From Flavobacteriaceae bacterium (GTDB lineage Bacteria; Bacteroidota; Bacteroidia; Flavobacteriales; Flavobacteriaceae): 64,000 bases of DNA. The notes beneath the pieces are model-generated. The model was not told where the DNA came from and made no database searches. It was given only the letters and a program-made list of their open reading frames with translations. Of this stretch, positions 47,147-57,500 are shown piece by piece (position 1 is the first letter of the stretch; each line of letters begins with the position of its first letter). The translations under genes and the position numbers were made by a program. The DNA is taken from assembly GCA_947453885.1 (NCBI GenBank), contig CANGIF010000011.1, positions 10,012 through 74,011 on the forward strand, in the 5' to 3' direction.

Positions 47147-48610
47147 TTACATTGGATTGTTCAATTTGGCTTTTCTTTTACCGTACATTAAATATATAAA
47201 AACACCAATTACCAACCAACCTAATGACAACATTTGAGCATCAGTACTTAAGTTAATCATTAAATAAGTGTTGATTAGTATACCGCATATTGCAATAACC
47301 GGTAAAAATGGCACTTTGAACGGACGTACTAAATCAGGTTGTTTTTTTCGCAAAATCCAAACAGCTATACAAACCATAGTGAAGGCAAAAAGGGTACCAA
47401 AACTTGTCATGTCAGCTAATTTATTAATAGGTGTAAAGGCCGCAACTATTGCAATAACAACACCTAGAATCATTAAATTAGTTTTAGGTGTGCCAGAAAC
47501 GCCATGAATTTTTGAAAATACTGGAGGAATTAATCCATCTTTAGACATTCCTAAAAATATTCTAGATTGCCCCATAATCATGACCATTAATACGGATATT
47601 AATCCTATTGTAGCAGCAATTGTTACAACATATCCAGCCCAAGCTTGTCCAGCTATGTCAAATGCATATGCAACTGGTGCTTTGATTGCTTCCGGATATT
47701 TACCCATTGGGTTAAAATCACTAAAATTCATCATTCCAGTTAAAACTAAAGACACTAAAATGTATAGAAAAGTACAAACTAGCAATGATGTAATAATAGC
47801 AAAAGGGACATCTTTTTTTGGATTTATTGCTTCGCCTGCTTGTGTAGAAACAGCATCAAAACCAACATAAGCAAAGAAAATTGCCGCTGCTCCTGATATG
47901 ACTCCTTTAAAACCATAGGCTTCATGGGACTTACCTACATTGTCAATGATAGTTGTTGCATCAGGAATAAAAGGATGCCAATTTGCTGTATTTATAAAAA
48001 ATGAACCAGCAATAATAACAAATAAAACTGCTGATACTTTAAGCATTACTATCATGTTATTTGCTTTTGCTGCTCCTTGCGTTCCTCTCATAAGGATTGA
48101 AATCACCAAAATAACAATACAAAATGCAGGTAAATTCATAGAAAAACCTTCACCTGTATAACTCGCGGGATCACTCGTGAGCCAATCAGGCAGATGTAAT
48201 CCAAACATTTTTAAAAGTTTATTAAAATACCCCGACCAAGACACGGCAACAGTCATTGATCCCATGGCGTATTCAAGGATTAATCCCCAACCAATTATCC
48301 ATGCAAATAATTCTCCAATTGTGCCATAAGCATAGGCATAAGCAGAGCCTTCTACGGGTAAAATTGAAGCAAACTCAGAGTAGCATAAAGCTGCAAAAAC
48401 ACAGGCAATACCTGCAATTATAAAGGATATAGCCAAGGCTGGTCCAGCATGATAATAGGCACCAGTTCCAGTAAGTACAAAAATACCTCCACCGATAATA
48501 GCGCCAATACCGATAGCAGTTAGGCTCCATTTTCCTAATACTCTTTTTAATTCACTTTTTTTCATATCAGCCTCAAAAGCTGAAACGGGCTTTACTCTCC
48601 AAATAGACAT
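47147..48610 (-). CDS. APC-superfamily amino-acid permease
   Basis: 487 aa with about 12-13 TM helices. The N-terminal signature is GIGAIIGGGIFVLTG...YSEFAS..PVEGSAYAYAY. Confidence 0.9.
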   Translation of the reverse strand: MSIWRVKPVSAFEADMKKSELKRVLGKWSLTAIGIGAIIGGGIFVLTGTGAYYHAGPALAISFIIAGIACVFAALCYSEFASILPVEGSAYAYAYGTIGELFAWIIGWGLILEYAMGSMTVAVSWSGYFNKLLKMFGLHLPDWLTSDPASYTGEGFSMNLPAFCIVILVISILMRGTQGAAKANNMIVMLKVSAVLFVIIAGSFFINTANWHPFIPDATTIIDNVGKSHEAYGFKGVISGAAAIFFAYVGFDAVSTQAGEAINPKKDVPFAIITSLLVCTFLYILVSLVLTGMMNFSDFNPMGKYPEAIKAPVAYAFDIAGQAWAGYVVTIAATIGLISVLMVMIMGQSRIFLGMSKDGLIPPVFSKIHGVSGTPKTNLMILGVVIAIVAAFTPINKLADMTSFGTLFAFTMVCIAVWILRKKQPDLVRPFKVPFLPVIAICGILINTYLMINLSTDAQMLSLGWLVIGVFIYLMYGKRKAKLNNPM

Positions 48611-48637
48611 AATGTATCTTTTTTAGTTTATTGTGTT

Positions 48638-48645
48638 CAAATATA
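48638..48645 (-). promoter_or_regulatory. Candidate -7 promoter box (TATATTTG on the minus strand) for the permease
   Basis: The reverse complement of caaatata matches TAnnTTTG, about 28 nt upstream of the ATG at 48610. Confidence 0.4.
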
Positions 48646-48690
48646 CTTTTTTTGTTTAATAATTTTAATAAAAAATAAAATTTATAGGTT

Positions 48691-50961
48691 TTAAAACCAA
48701 AAACCAACAGTAAACCATGTGTACCCTTTGCTCATTTCTGGAGTCCAAGTGTATTTTACTTCAATTGGTCCAATGGCAGTTTCTATGCCATAACCTAGTG
48801 CATATCCAGAATGGTTTATGTTTGAAAGCCAATCAACAGATTGAAAAACACCATCGGAAATATTTGCAAAATTACCCGCTATGTTAACATGGTGTTTTTT
48901 AAAAAGTTCGTAATCTAAAGTTAAAGTTGACTTTATGTAGCTATTTCCAGATAAAGTCAAAAAGTCGTATCCATAAAAAGGTTTTATATTATTTACCGGC
49001 GTAAAACCATAACCTCCAAGTACAAAATCGAAAAAGGAAACACTTTCCTTACCCATTTTAACCCCTGCTTCGGTTTGAAATTTAAAAGTAGCTTTTTTAA
49101 ATAACGTATTTGCAAAACCTAAATCTCCTTTTAGAATTGAAAATGGATTAAAATTTTTAGAATAATTGGTTGAACTCATGTAATATTGAAAATCGCTTGA
49201 GTAATAAAATCCATGTTTTGGATAATATTTGTTGTCAAAAGTATCGTATTTCATATATGCCAAACCACTTAAATAAGTACTGTTATCAAATACTTGTGTG
49301 CTATTTTGCAACGTTTCCGAATTTATTTTCAAATGTTCTAACTCTGCACCAAGTCCAATTATGAATTTTTGCGCAAAAAGAGTTTGAATATAAATCTGAT
49401 TATTTAAGTCAGAGAAATTAATATTTATAGAGTTAATTCCCAACTGTGTTAACAATGAACCTTTCGAGAAATCAGTGCTTGTATTTCGATTAAAGCTGTT
49501 GAACTTTGATCGAAAACCTAGGCTTATATAAAAACCATTGTCAATATAATAATCAAAATTGTATCTAAAATTATCACCTAAAATTACATCTAAAGAAACT
49601 ACGTCGTTTTTAAAAAGTGCTTTTTTGTGTGTAAAATTTGCTAATAGAGCACTTTTGTATAATCCATCATAATGCAATCCAAATTTCAAAAAAGATTTTG
49701 TTTGATTTTCAGCTAAAAACAAATGCAAATCTTCTTTATCATCTGTTGATTTAGACAACGAATAACTAATTCTACTAAAATTTTGAGTGGCGTCTAAGGT
49801 GCTTATTCCGTTGTTTAAATCAGCAAAACTAATTTTTGACCCTTGCTTAAACCGGAGCTTACCAATGATGTAGGAGCGGGTATAATCTTCTAAGTCGTTC
49901 ATCCCGATTTGGTTAATAGAAATACTGTCTTTTGTTTTTTTGCAATTAGATCTATGTGTTTCCTGACTTTTAGCTAATGCTTTAATTTTTTCGTAAACAG
50001 TAAAAGATGCTTCTTCACCTTTTCTAATTATTTCTTGACCTTCGTCAAACGAAATGACATTATAGTTTTTAATATCGGGTTTAATGTAAATATCGGTTAG
50101 TAATTTCTTTTGATTCATTTTTTCAATCATTTGAATGTTAGAAATCTGAACCAAAATTTTAGTAGCTTCATGAAGTGCATTCCTATTTTTTAAATCGTCT
50201 TGAACATCAACACCAATTATTATATCTGCTCCCATTTTCCTTACTTCTTCAACAGGAAAATTATTGGTAACGCCACCATCTATAAGCAATTGACCGTTAA
50301 TTTCAACTGGCGAAAACAACGATGGAAAAGCAGAACTTGCCAACATTGCTTGAGGTAAATAACCGTTTTTAAGGATTACTTCTTTACCTGTTTCTATATC
50401 GGTTGCCACACATAAAAAAGGTATAGGCAATTTACTAAAATCGTTTATTGCAGCTACATGATGGGTTAATCTGTTTAACAAATTATAATTGTAAATTCCT
50501 TTTGAAAATGCCAGTGGTATGCCTACTTTAAAATTAGTAAAAGGAAGTGAAATCGCATATTTTTCATCATTTTTTCGTTCATAAAAACTCTTGGAAGTTC
50601 TTGGAATATAATCTTGTAGCAATTCGTCAAAATCTGTTTTTTTAAATATCGAATCGATTTGTTGTGCGTTATAACCGGATGCGTATAACCCTCCAACAAC
50701 AGCACCCATACTCGTACCGCCAATATAATCTATTTTAATTCCTGCCTCTTCTAAAACTTTTAAAACACCAATATGAGCAAAACCTTTGGCGCCACCGCCA
50801 CTTAAAACCAGACCTACTTTTGGCTGCTTAACAGTATCTTGCGCATAACTTTTTTGAAAGGAAAGGAGTAGGGCGTATGAAAAAAGAAGCAAACATAACA
50901 AGGAGTTAAAAGACTTTTTGCCTTTCGTCTTATGACATGTAATTGGCAACATTTCAATCAT
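48691..50961 (-). CDS. Patatin-like phospholipase fused to an Omp85/BamA-type C-terminal beta-barrel
   Basis: 756 aa. It has a signal peptide, then the patatin motifs GLVLSGGGAKGFAH (oxyanion), GTSMGA (GxSxG) and IDGGV (catalytic Asp). The C-terminal half is beta-rich and ends in an aromatic residue (...FTVGFWF). Confidence 0.85.
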   Translation of the reverse strand: MIEMLPITCHKTKGKKSFNSLLCLLLFSYALLLSFQKSYAQDTVKQPKVGLVLSGGGAKGFAHIGVLKVLEEAGIKIDYIGGTSMGAVVGGLYASGYNAQQIDSIFKKTDFDELLQDYIPRTSKSFYERKNDEKYAISLPFTNFKVGIPLAFSKGIYNYNLLNRLTHHVAAINDFSKLPIPFLCVATDIETGKEVILKNGYLPQAMLASSAFPSLFSPVEINGQLLIDGGVTNNFPVEEVRKMGADIIIGVDVQDDLKNRNALHEATKILVQISNIQMIEKMNQKKLLTDIYIKPDIKNYNVISFDEGQEIIRKGEEASFTVYEKIKALAKSQETHRSNCKKTKDSISINQIGMNDLEDYTRSYIIGKLRFKQGSKISFADLNNGISTLDATQNFSRISYSLSKSTDDKEDLHLFLAENQTKSFLKFGLHYDGLYKSALLANFTHKKALFKNDVVSLDVILGDNFRYNFDYYIDNGFYISLGFRSKFNSFNRNTSTDFSKGSLLTQLGINSININFSDLNNQIYIQTLFAQKFIIGLGAELEHLKINSETLQNSTQVFDNSTYLSGLAYMKYDTFDNKYYPKHGFYYSSDFQYYMSSTNYSKNFNPFSILKGDLGFANTLFKKATFKFQTEAGVKMGKESVSFFDFVLGGYGFTPVNNIKPFYGYDFLTLSGNSYIKSTLTLDYELFKKHHVNIAGNFANISDGVFQSVDWLSNINHSGYALGYGIETAIGPIEVKYTWTPEMSKGYTWFTVGFWF

Positions 50962-52757
50962 ATTGATTCTTTTTTGTAAAAGTCGTAAATTTTTTTCGCT
51001 TTTGAAACACCCACAACTTCCGAAATTTCATTTTCTGTTGCGTTTTTAACTCTTTTAACACTTTTAAAATGTTTCAATAAAGTAATCATGGTTTTTTCTC
51101 CAATTCCAGCAATGGTTTCAACCGACGAATTGAGTGCTGCTTTGCTCCGTTTGTCTCTATGAAAAGTGATGCCAAAACGATGTGCTTCGTTTCGTAAAAA
51201 CTGAATAACTTTTAATGATTCTGATTTTTTATCTAAATATAAAGGAATGGGATCTTCTGGATAAAACAATTCTTCTAGTCTTTTTGCAATTCCAATTATA
51301 GCAATTTTTCCTCTTAATCCAAGGGAGTCAATGCTTTTTAAAGCAGACGAAAGTTGTCCTTTCCCTCCGTCAATAATAATAAGTTGTGGCAACGGCTCTT
51401 TTTCATCCAAAAGTCTTTTGTAACGCCTGTAAACTACTTCTTCCATCGATGCAAAATCATTAGGCCCTTCTACTGTTTTAATGTTAAAATGTCGGTAGTC
51501 TTTTTTGGATGGTTTTCCGTCTTTAAAAACCACACAGGCCGCTACAGGATTGGTTCCTTGAATATTTGAATTGTCAAAACATTCAATATGGCGCGGTTCG
51601 ATGGAAAGGCGTAAATCTTTTTGCATTTGTGCCATAATTCTATTGGTATGGCGTTCAGGATCTACAATTTGAATTTGCTTTAATTGGTCCAAACGGTAGT
51701 ATTTTGCATTACGTTCGGACAATTCTAAGATGTGCTTTTTATCGCCAAGTTGAGGTACAGTAACTTTAATTTTATCGCCAAAATCTAACGGAAAAGGTAG
51801 AATTATTTCGCGCGATAGCAACTGGAAACGTTCTCGAAGTTCAACAACGGCAAGCTCTAAAAGTTCTTCATCCGTTTCATCCAATTTCTTTTTCAGTTCT
51901 AAAGTGTGGGAACGAATGATTGCTCCGTGTGCAATTTGTAAGAAATTTACATACGCCACCGCTTCGTCAGAAATGATAGAAAACACATCAATATTGGATA
52001 TTTTCGGATTCAAAATGGTAGAACGCGATTGGTAATTTTCAAGCACTTCTATTTTTTCTTTAATTTTTTGTGCTTCTTCAAAATGTAAATTGGCTGCCAA
52101 ATCCTGCATTTTGATTTTAAAATCTTTCAAACTTTCTTTAAAATTTCCTTTTAAAATTTCTCGAATAGCATCAACTTGTTTTTGATAATTTTCTAGCAAT
52201 TCATACCCTTCACAACCACCTTTGCAATTGCCAATATGAAATTCTAAACACACTTTATATTTACCCGAATTGATATTGGCTTCGGTCAAATCATAATTGC
52301 AGGTTCGTAATAGATACAACTCTTTAATCATTTCTAAAATGGTATTCACGGTTTTAAAATTGGTATAGGGACCAAAGTATTCCGACCCGTCTTTTACCAT
52401 TCGTCGGGTTGGAAAAATTCGAGAAAACGGTTCTTTTTTGATGCAAATCCACGGATAGGTTTTGTCGTCACGAAGTAAAACATTGTATCGTGGTTGCAAC
52501 TTTTTTATTAAATTGTTTTCCAACAAAAGAGCATCTTGCTCGCTCGATACCACAATGTGTTTTATAGTTACAATTTTCTTTACCAGCACATTGGTTTTGG
52601 CAGTATCGTGAATTTTATTGAAGTAAGACGAAACACGTTTCTTAAGATTTTTGGCTTTTCCAACGTATAGAATTTTTCCGTCTTTATCGTAATACTGATA
52701 TACTCCGGGATTATCAGGCAAGGTTTGTATTTGAAGTTCTAGGGACGGAAAGAGCAT
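50958..52757 (-). CDS. uvrC: Excinuclease ABC subunit C
   Basis: 599 aa. It has the GIY-YIG N-terminus (GVYQYYD...ILYVGKAKNL), a UVR domain, an endonuclease V-like domain and a C-terminal HhH. Confidence 0.96.
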   Translation of the reverse strand: MLFPSLELQIQTLPDNPGVYQYYDKDGKILYVGKAKNLKKRVSSYFNKIHDTAKTNVLVKKIVTIKHIVVSSEQDALLLENNLIKKLQPRYNVLLRDDKTYPWICIKKEPFSRIFPTRRMVKDGSEYFGPYTNFKTVNTILEMIKELYLLRTCNYDLTEANINSGKYKVCLEFHIGNCKGGCEGYELLENYQKQVDAIREILKGNFKESLKDFKIKMQDLAANLHFEEAQKIKEKIEVLENYQSRSTILNPKISNIDVFSIISDEAVAYVNFLQIAHGAIIRSHTLELKKKLDETDEELLELAVVELRERFQLLSREIILPFPLDFGDKIKVTVPQLGDKKHILELSERNAKYYRLDQLKQIQIVDPERHTNRIMAQMQKDLRLSIEPRHIECFDNSNIQGTNPVAACVVFKDGKPSKKDYRHFNIKTVEGPNDFASMEEVVYRRYKRLLDEKEPLPQLIIIDGGKGQLSSALKSIDSLGLRGKIAIIGIAKRLEELFYPEDPIPLYLDKKSESLKVIQFLRNEAHRFGITFHRDKRSKAALNSSVETIAGIGEKTMITLLKHFKSVKRVKNATENEISEVVGVSKAKKIYDFYKKESI

Positions 52758-52858
52758 TTAAAATGGAGATTAACGATTGTTGTTGTGTTGAAAGTTGTCC
52801 AACAAAATTAACTTTAAATTCTACACAAAACAAATTGAAATTTTTTTACATTTACTTT

Positions 52859-53422
52859 ATGTATAAAAGAGAATTAAGAAATAAGTATAAACATTTAAGA
52901 CAGCAACTTACTTTATCAGAAATCGAAGAAAAGTCACTTGCGATAGTCAATAATTTACTACAACTAAACATTTGGGAAAAAACCTACTTTCATTTGTTTT
53001 TGTCAATTGTGGAACAAAAGGAAATTGACACCGAATTACTACTTCAAATTTTGCACGGGAAAGACAAAGAAATTGTGGTTGCTAAAAGCGATTTTACAAC
53101 TTTTAGAATGACGCATTATCTAGTAACTGACAACACTACCTTCAGGAAAAATGACTACAATATTCCAGAACCAGTTGACGGTTTAGAAGTGCCTGTTGCC
53201 AAAATAGAAGTTGTATTTGTGCCACTTTTAGCTTTTGATACAAAAGGGAATAGGGTAGGTTACGGCAAAGGATTTTACGATAAATTTTTGTCGGAATGTA
53301 CACCAGAAACTATAAAAATAGGTTTGTCTTTTTTTGAACCAGAACTAATAATTACAGATGCATTTGAATCAGATGTACCACTCGATTATTGCGTAACGCC
53401 CACTTCAATCTATACCTTTTAG
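52859..53422 (+). CDS. 5-formyltetrahydrofolate cyclo-ligase
   Basis: GNRVGYGKGFYDKFL is the family signature. I placed the start at the ATG at 52859 (MYKRELRNKYK...) rather than the Cys-rich ORF-track extension from 52763. Confidence 0.85.
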   Translation: MYKRELRNKYKHLRQQLTLSEIEEKSLAIVNNLLQLNIWEKTYFHLFLSIVEQKEIDTELLLQILHGKDKEIVVAKSDFTTFRMTHYLVTDNTTFRKNDYNIPEPVDGLEVPVAKIEVVFVPLLAFDTKGNRVGYGKGFYDKFLSECTPETIKIGLSFFEPELIITDAFESDVPLDYCVTPTSIYTF

Positions 53423-54018
53423 TATTTACCAAATGCTTTTTTGTTAAAAACCAGTAAAATTCCAACACCAGTAGAAATTGAAAAATCCGCTACATTAAAA
53501 ATAGCATTGAAGAAAGTAATTTCTTTTCCGCCCATTAAAGGCAACCAACTAGGCAGTTGGTAGTTTTCAATAAAAGGGAAATAGAACATATCTACAACTC
53601 TTCCGTAAAAATAAGTGCCGTACGGCTTACTAGAAAAAAGAGTAGCTACTTCGTGGTTACTGTAATTAAACAAAACACCGTAAAAGACAGAATCAATGAT
53701 GTTACCCAATGCGCCTGCAAAAATTAAAACTATTGCTGTAAAAAGGTAAATGGAACATTTTTTTTGAATAGAATCCCAAAGCCAATAGGCAATTCCAGAA
53801 ACAGCTGCAATTCTAAAAAGAGTTAAAATAATTTTCCCATACGACCCCGGAATTTCGGTTCCCCAAGCCATGCCTTCGTTTTCAATAAACAAAATGCGAC
53901 ACCATTTAAAAACCTTAACCTCTTCCCCTAAAATAAAATGAGTTTTTACATAAACTTTAGTTATTTGATCAATAAGAAGAATAATAAAAATAAAGAGGTA
54001 CGCTTTTTTAAGGGACAT
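53419..54018 (-). CDS. lspA: Lipoprotein signal peptidase (signal peptidase II)
   Basis: 199 aa with four TM helices. GALGNIIDSVFYG and FNVADFSISTG contain the two catalytic Asp motifs. Confidence 0.92.
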   Translation of the reverse strand: MSLKKAYLFIFIILLIDQITKVYVKTHFILGEEVKVFKWCRILFIENEGMAWGTEIPGSYGKIILTLFRIAAVSGIAYWLWDSIQKKCSIYLFTAIVLIFAGALGNIIDSVFYGVLFNYSNHEVATLFSSKPYGTYFYGRVVDMFYFPFIENYQLPSWLPLMGGKEITFFNAIFNVADFSISTGVGILLVFNKKAFGKY

Positions 54019-54057
54019 CGTTCAAAAATTTAAGCTGCAAAAGTAGTATAATTATTC

Positions 54058-54083
54058 AAAAAAAACGCTCCTTTTTTGGAGCG
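54058..54083 (-). terminator. Rho-independent terminator after the DksA-like gene
   Basis: The stem cgctcc/ggagcg (6-nt loop) is followed on the minus strand by an 8-T run. Confidence 0.7.
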
Positions 54084-54202
54084 ATTATTTCTTTTTATAT
54101 AATGTCTAAACACCATTTTTTAATTATTGTAAGATTTACTTTAGCTAATAGGATTAGTCCTAAAAAGGAAACAATAAAATAAAAAAAAGTGTTTTTTATA
54201 AA

Positions 54203-54580
54203 TTAACGTTGGTTTTTAGCCTCAATACTCATAGTAGCATGAGGAACAACTCGCAAACGTTCTTTACTAATTAATTTTCCAGTAACTTTACAAACACCAT
54301 ACGTTTTGTTTTCTACACGAAACAGCGCATTTTTCAAATCACGAATAAACTTCTCTTGACGAATAGCTAGTTGCGAATTCGCTTCTTTACTCATGGTTTC
54401 ACTACCTTCTTCAAATGCTTTAAACGTTGGTGACGTATCGTCAGTTCCATTGTTTAAATCATTCATATAAGCACTTTTGATTAATTCTAAATCATTTTGT
54501 GCTTTGTTAATTTTATTAATTATAATTTCTTTGAATTCTGCTAAATCTGAATCAGAATACCGTGCTATATCTTCTACCAT
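54203..54580 (-). CDS. DksA/TraR-family protein with an incomplete zinc finger
   Basis: 125 aa. It has a coiled-coil N-terminal part, and the C-terminal YGVCKVTGKLISKERLRVVPHATMSIEAK matches the DksA/TraR tail but contains only one Cys. Confidence 0.72.
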   Translation of the reverse strand: MVEDIARYSDSDLAEFKEIIINKINKAQNDLELIKSAYMNDLNNGTDDTSPTFKAFEEGSETMSKEANSQLAIRQEKFIRDLKNALFRVENKTYGVCKVTGKLISKERLRVVPHATMSIEAKNQR

Positions 54581-54586
54581 CTTGTA

Positions 54587-57500
54587 TTATTTTGAAATTA
54601 CTATTTTTGTTTTTATATCGTCAAACTCAATTTCTATACCGTCTTTTAATTCGTCTTCAAAAACCAATTCTCGAGTCAACGTTTCTGACATGATATAATC
54701 CTTATTGTTGTTAATTGCTACCTCCAACACATTTGCCGATTCGTTTTTGCTCAACTCGCCACTACGCTGTAACTGCACTTTAATTTTATCGGTAACTTCA
54801 AATCCAGAATCTTTTCTAATGTTTTGAATTCTATTTACCAATTCCCTTGCAATCCCTTCATTTATTAAAGATTCCGATAGCGTAATGTCAAGCGCAACAG
54901 TTATTCCATTGCCGTTAGCAACCAACCAACCTTCAATATCTTGTGAAGAAATTTCCACTTCATTTAAGGATAAAAGTACACTATTTCCTGAAATAACAAC
55001 ATTCAAGCTGCCGTTCTTTTCAATTTCATTAATTTGAGCTGTTGTAAAATGTTGTATTTCACTGGCTATCAAAGCCATATCTTTACCAAATCGAGGGCCT
55101 AATACTTTAAAATTAGGCTTTATTTGCTTTACCAAAACACCAGAAGCATCGTCTAATAATTCTATTTCTTTCACGTTTACTTCGGCTTTAATCAAGTCGG
55201 AAATAGCTTCTATTTCCGCTCTTTGATTCTCGTCAAGTATAGGAATCATAACCTTTTGCAACGGTTGACGCACTTTAATCATTTCCTTTTTACGAAGCGA
55301 TAAAACTAGTGACGAAACAGTTTGTGCTTTCATCATTTTGCTCTCTAATGATTTATCAACAAAGTTTTCAACTGATTCTGGAAATTGTGCCAAATGTACA
55401 CTCTCAAATTTTTCTGATTGTGTAGCCAACGTTAAATCTCTGTAAAGTTTGTCCATAAAGAATGGCGCAATAGGGGCTCCTAATTTGCTAATGGTCAACA
55501 AACAGGTGTATAATGTTTGGTATGCTGCAATTTTATCTGTACCGTATTCGCCTTTCCAAAATCGTCTTCTACATAAACGAACGTACCAGTTACTCAAGTT
55601 TTCCTGAACGAAATCAGAGATAGCTCTAGCCGCTTTAGTTGGTTCATAATCTGCGTAAGCTTCATCAACTATTTTTATCAAAGTATGTAATTCTGATAAT
55701 ATCCAACGGTCGATTTCAGGTCTTTCTTTTAACGGAATTTCTGCTTCTTCATATTTAAAACCATCGATATTGGCATATAAACTAAAGAACGAGTACGTGT
55801 TATATAATGTGCCGAAGAATTTTCTACGCACCTCAGCAACACCTTCGATATCAAATTTCAAGTTATCCCAAGGGTTAGCATTGGCAATCATGTACCAACG
55901 TGTAGCATCCGGACCAAATTCAGCTAAAGTGGTGAATGGATCAACGGCATTTCCTAGACGTTTCGACATTTTTTGTCCGTTTTTGTCTAGAACTAAACCG
56001 TTTGAAACTACATTTTTATACGCAATTTTATCAAAAACTAACGTTCCAATCGCATGTAAGGTATAAAACCAACCACGCGTTTGATCGACCCCTTCGGCAA
56101 TAAAATCAGCTGGAAATGCTTTGTTTTCGTCAATTAGCTCTTTGTTTTCAAATGGATAATGCCATTGTGCATAAGGCATTGCACCTGAATCAAACCAAAC
56201 ATCAATCAAATCACTTTCGCGTTTCATTGCTTTTCCTGATGGCGAAACTAATGTAATTCCGTCAACAACATTTTTGTGTAAATCAACCAAATCGTAGTTT
56301 TCCTCACTCATATTTCCAACAACAAAACCTTTAAAAGGATTTTCTGATTGAAAACCAGCAGCGATTGATTTTTCAATTTCAGCATACAATTCTTCTACCG
56401 AACCAATTAGCATTTCTTCGGTTCCGTCTTCGGTTCTCCAAATTGGCAATGGAATTCCCCAATATCTTGAACGCGACAAGTTCCAATCGTTAGCATTTTT
56501 CAACCAATTTCCGAAACGACCTTCACCAGTTGCTTTAGGCTTCCAGTTGATAGTTTCGTTCAAATCGAACATTCTATCTTTGATTTCGGTTACTTTGATG
56601 AACCAAGAATCTAATGGATAGTATAAAATTGGTTTGTCAGTTCTCCAACAATGTGGGTAACTGTGCACGTATTTTTCGACTTTGAAAGCCTTGTTTTCTT
56701 CTTTTAATTGGATGGCGATTTCAACATCGGCAGAGCGTTCTGGAGCTTCACCATCCTTGTAATATTCATTCTTAACATATTTTCCTGAATAGTTTCCTAA
56801 ACCTTGAATGAATTTACCTTGTAAATCAACCAAAGGAACAGGATTTCCGTTTTCGTCTAAAACCAACATTGGCGGCACTTCAGGCGTTGCTTCTTTGGCA
56901 ACTTTAGCATCATCTGCACCAAAAGTTGGAGCCGTGTGTACAATTCCAGTTCCATCTTCGGTAGTTACGAAATCACCTGAAATTACTCTAAAAGCATTTT
57001 CAGGATTTTGATACGGCAAAGCCAATGGCATCAATTGTTCGTAACGAATTCCGACTAAATCAGCACCTTTAAATTCGGCAAGTATTTGATAAGGAATGTT
57101 TTTATCACCTTCTTTGAAATTTTCAAAATCAGAAGGATCAACAGAGGCAAAAAATCCTTTTCCGAATTGTTTTCCGACAAGGTTTTTAGCCAAAATAACT
57201 TTTACAGGACGATAAGTGTATTGATTGAAAGTTTCCACCAAAACATAATCGATTTTTGGACCAACTGACAAAGCAGTATTTGATGGCAAAGTCCATGGAG
57301 TTGTTGTCCAAGCCAAAATGTGAACATCACCAAAACCTTGTAAAAAGTTTGTTAGCGTTTCTGCTTTTGTTTTGAATTGCGCTACAACCGTTGTATCCGT
57401 AACATCTCTATAACTTCCGGGTTGGTTCACTTCGTGTGAAGATAATCCAGTTCCTGCTTTTGGAGAATACGGTTGGATGGTATACCCTTTGTATAGTAAA

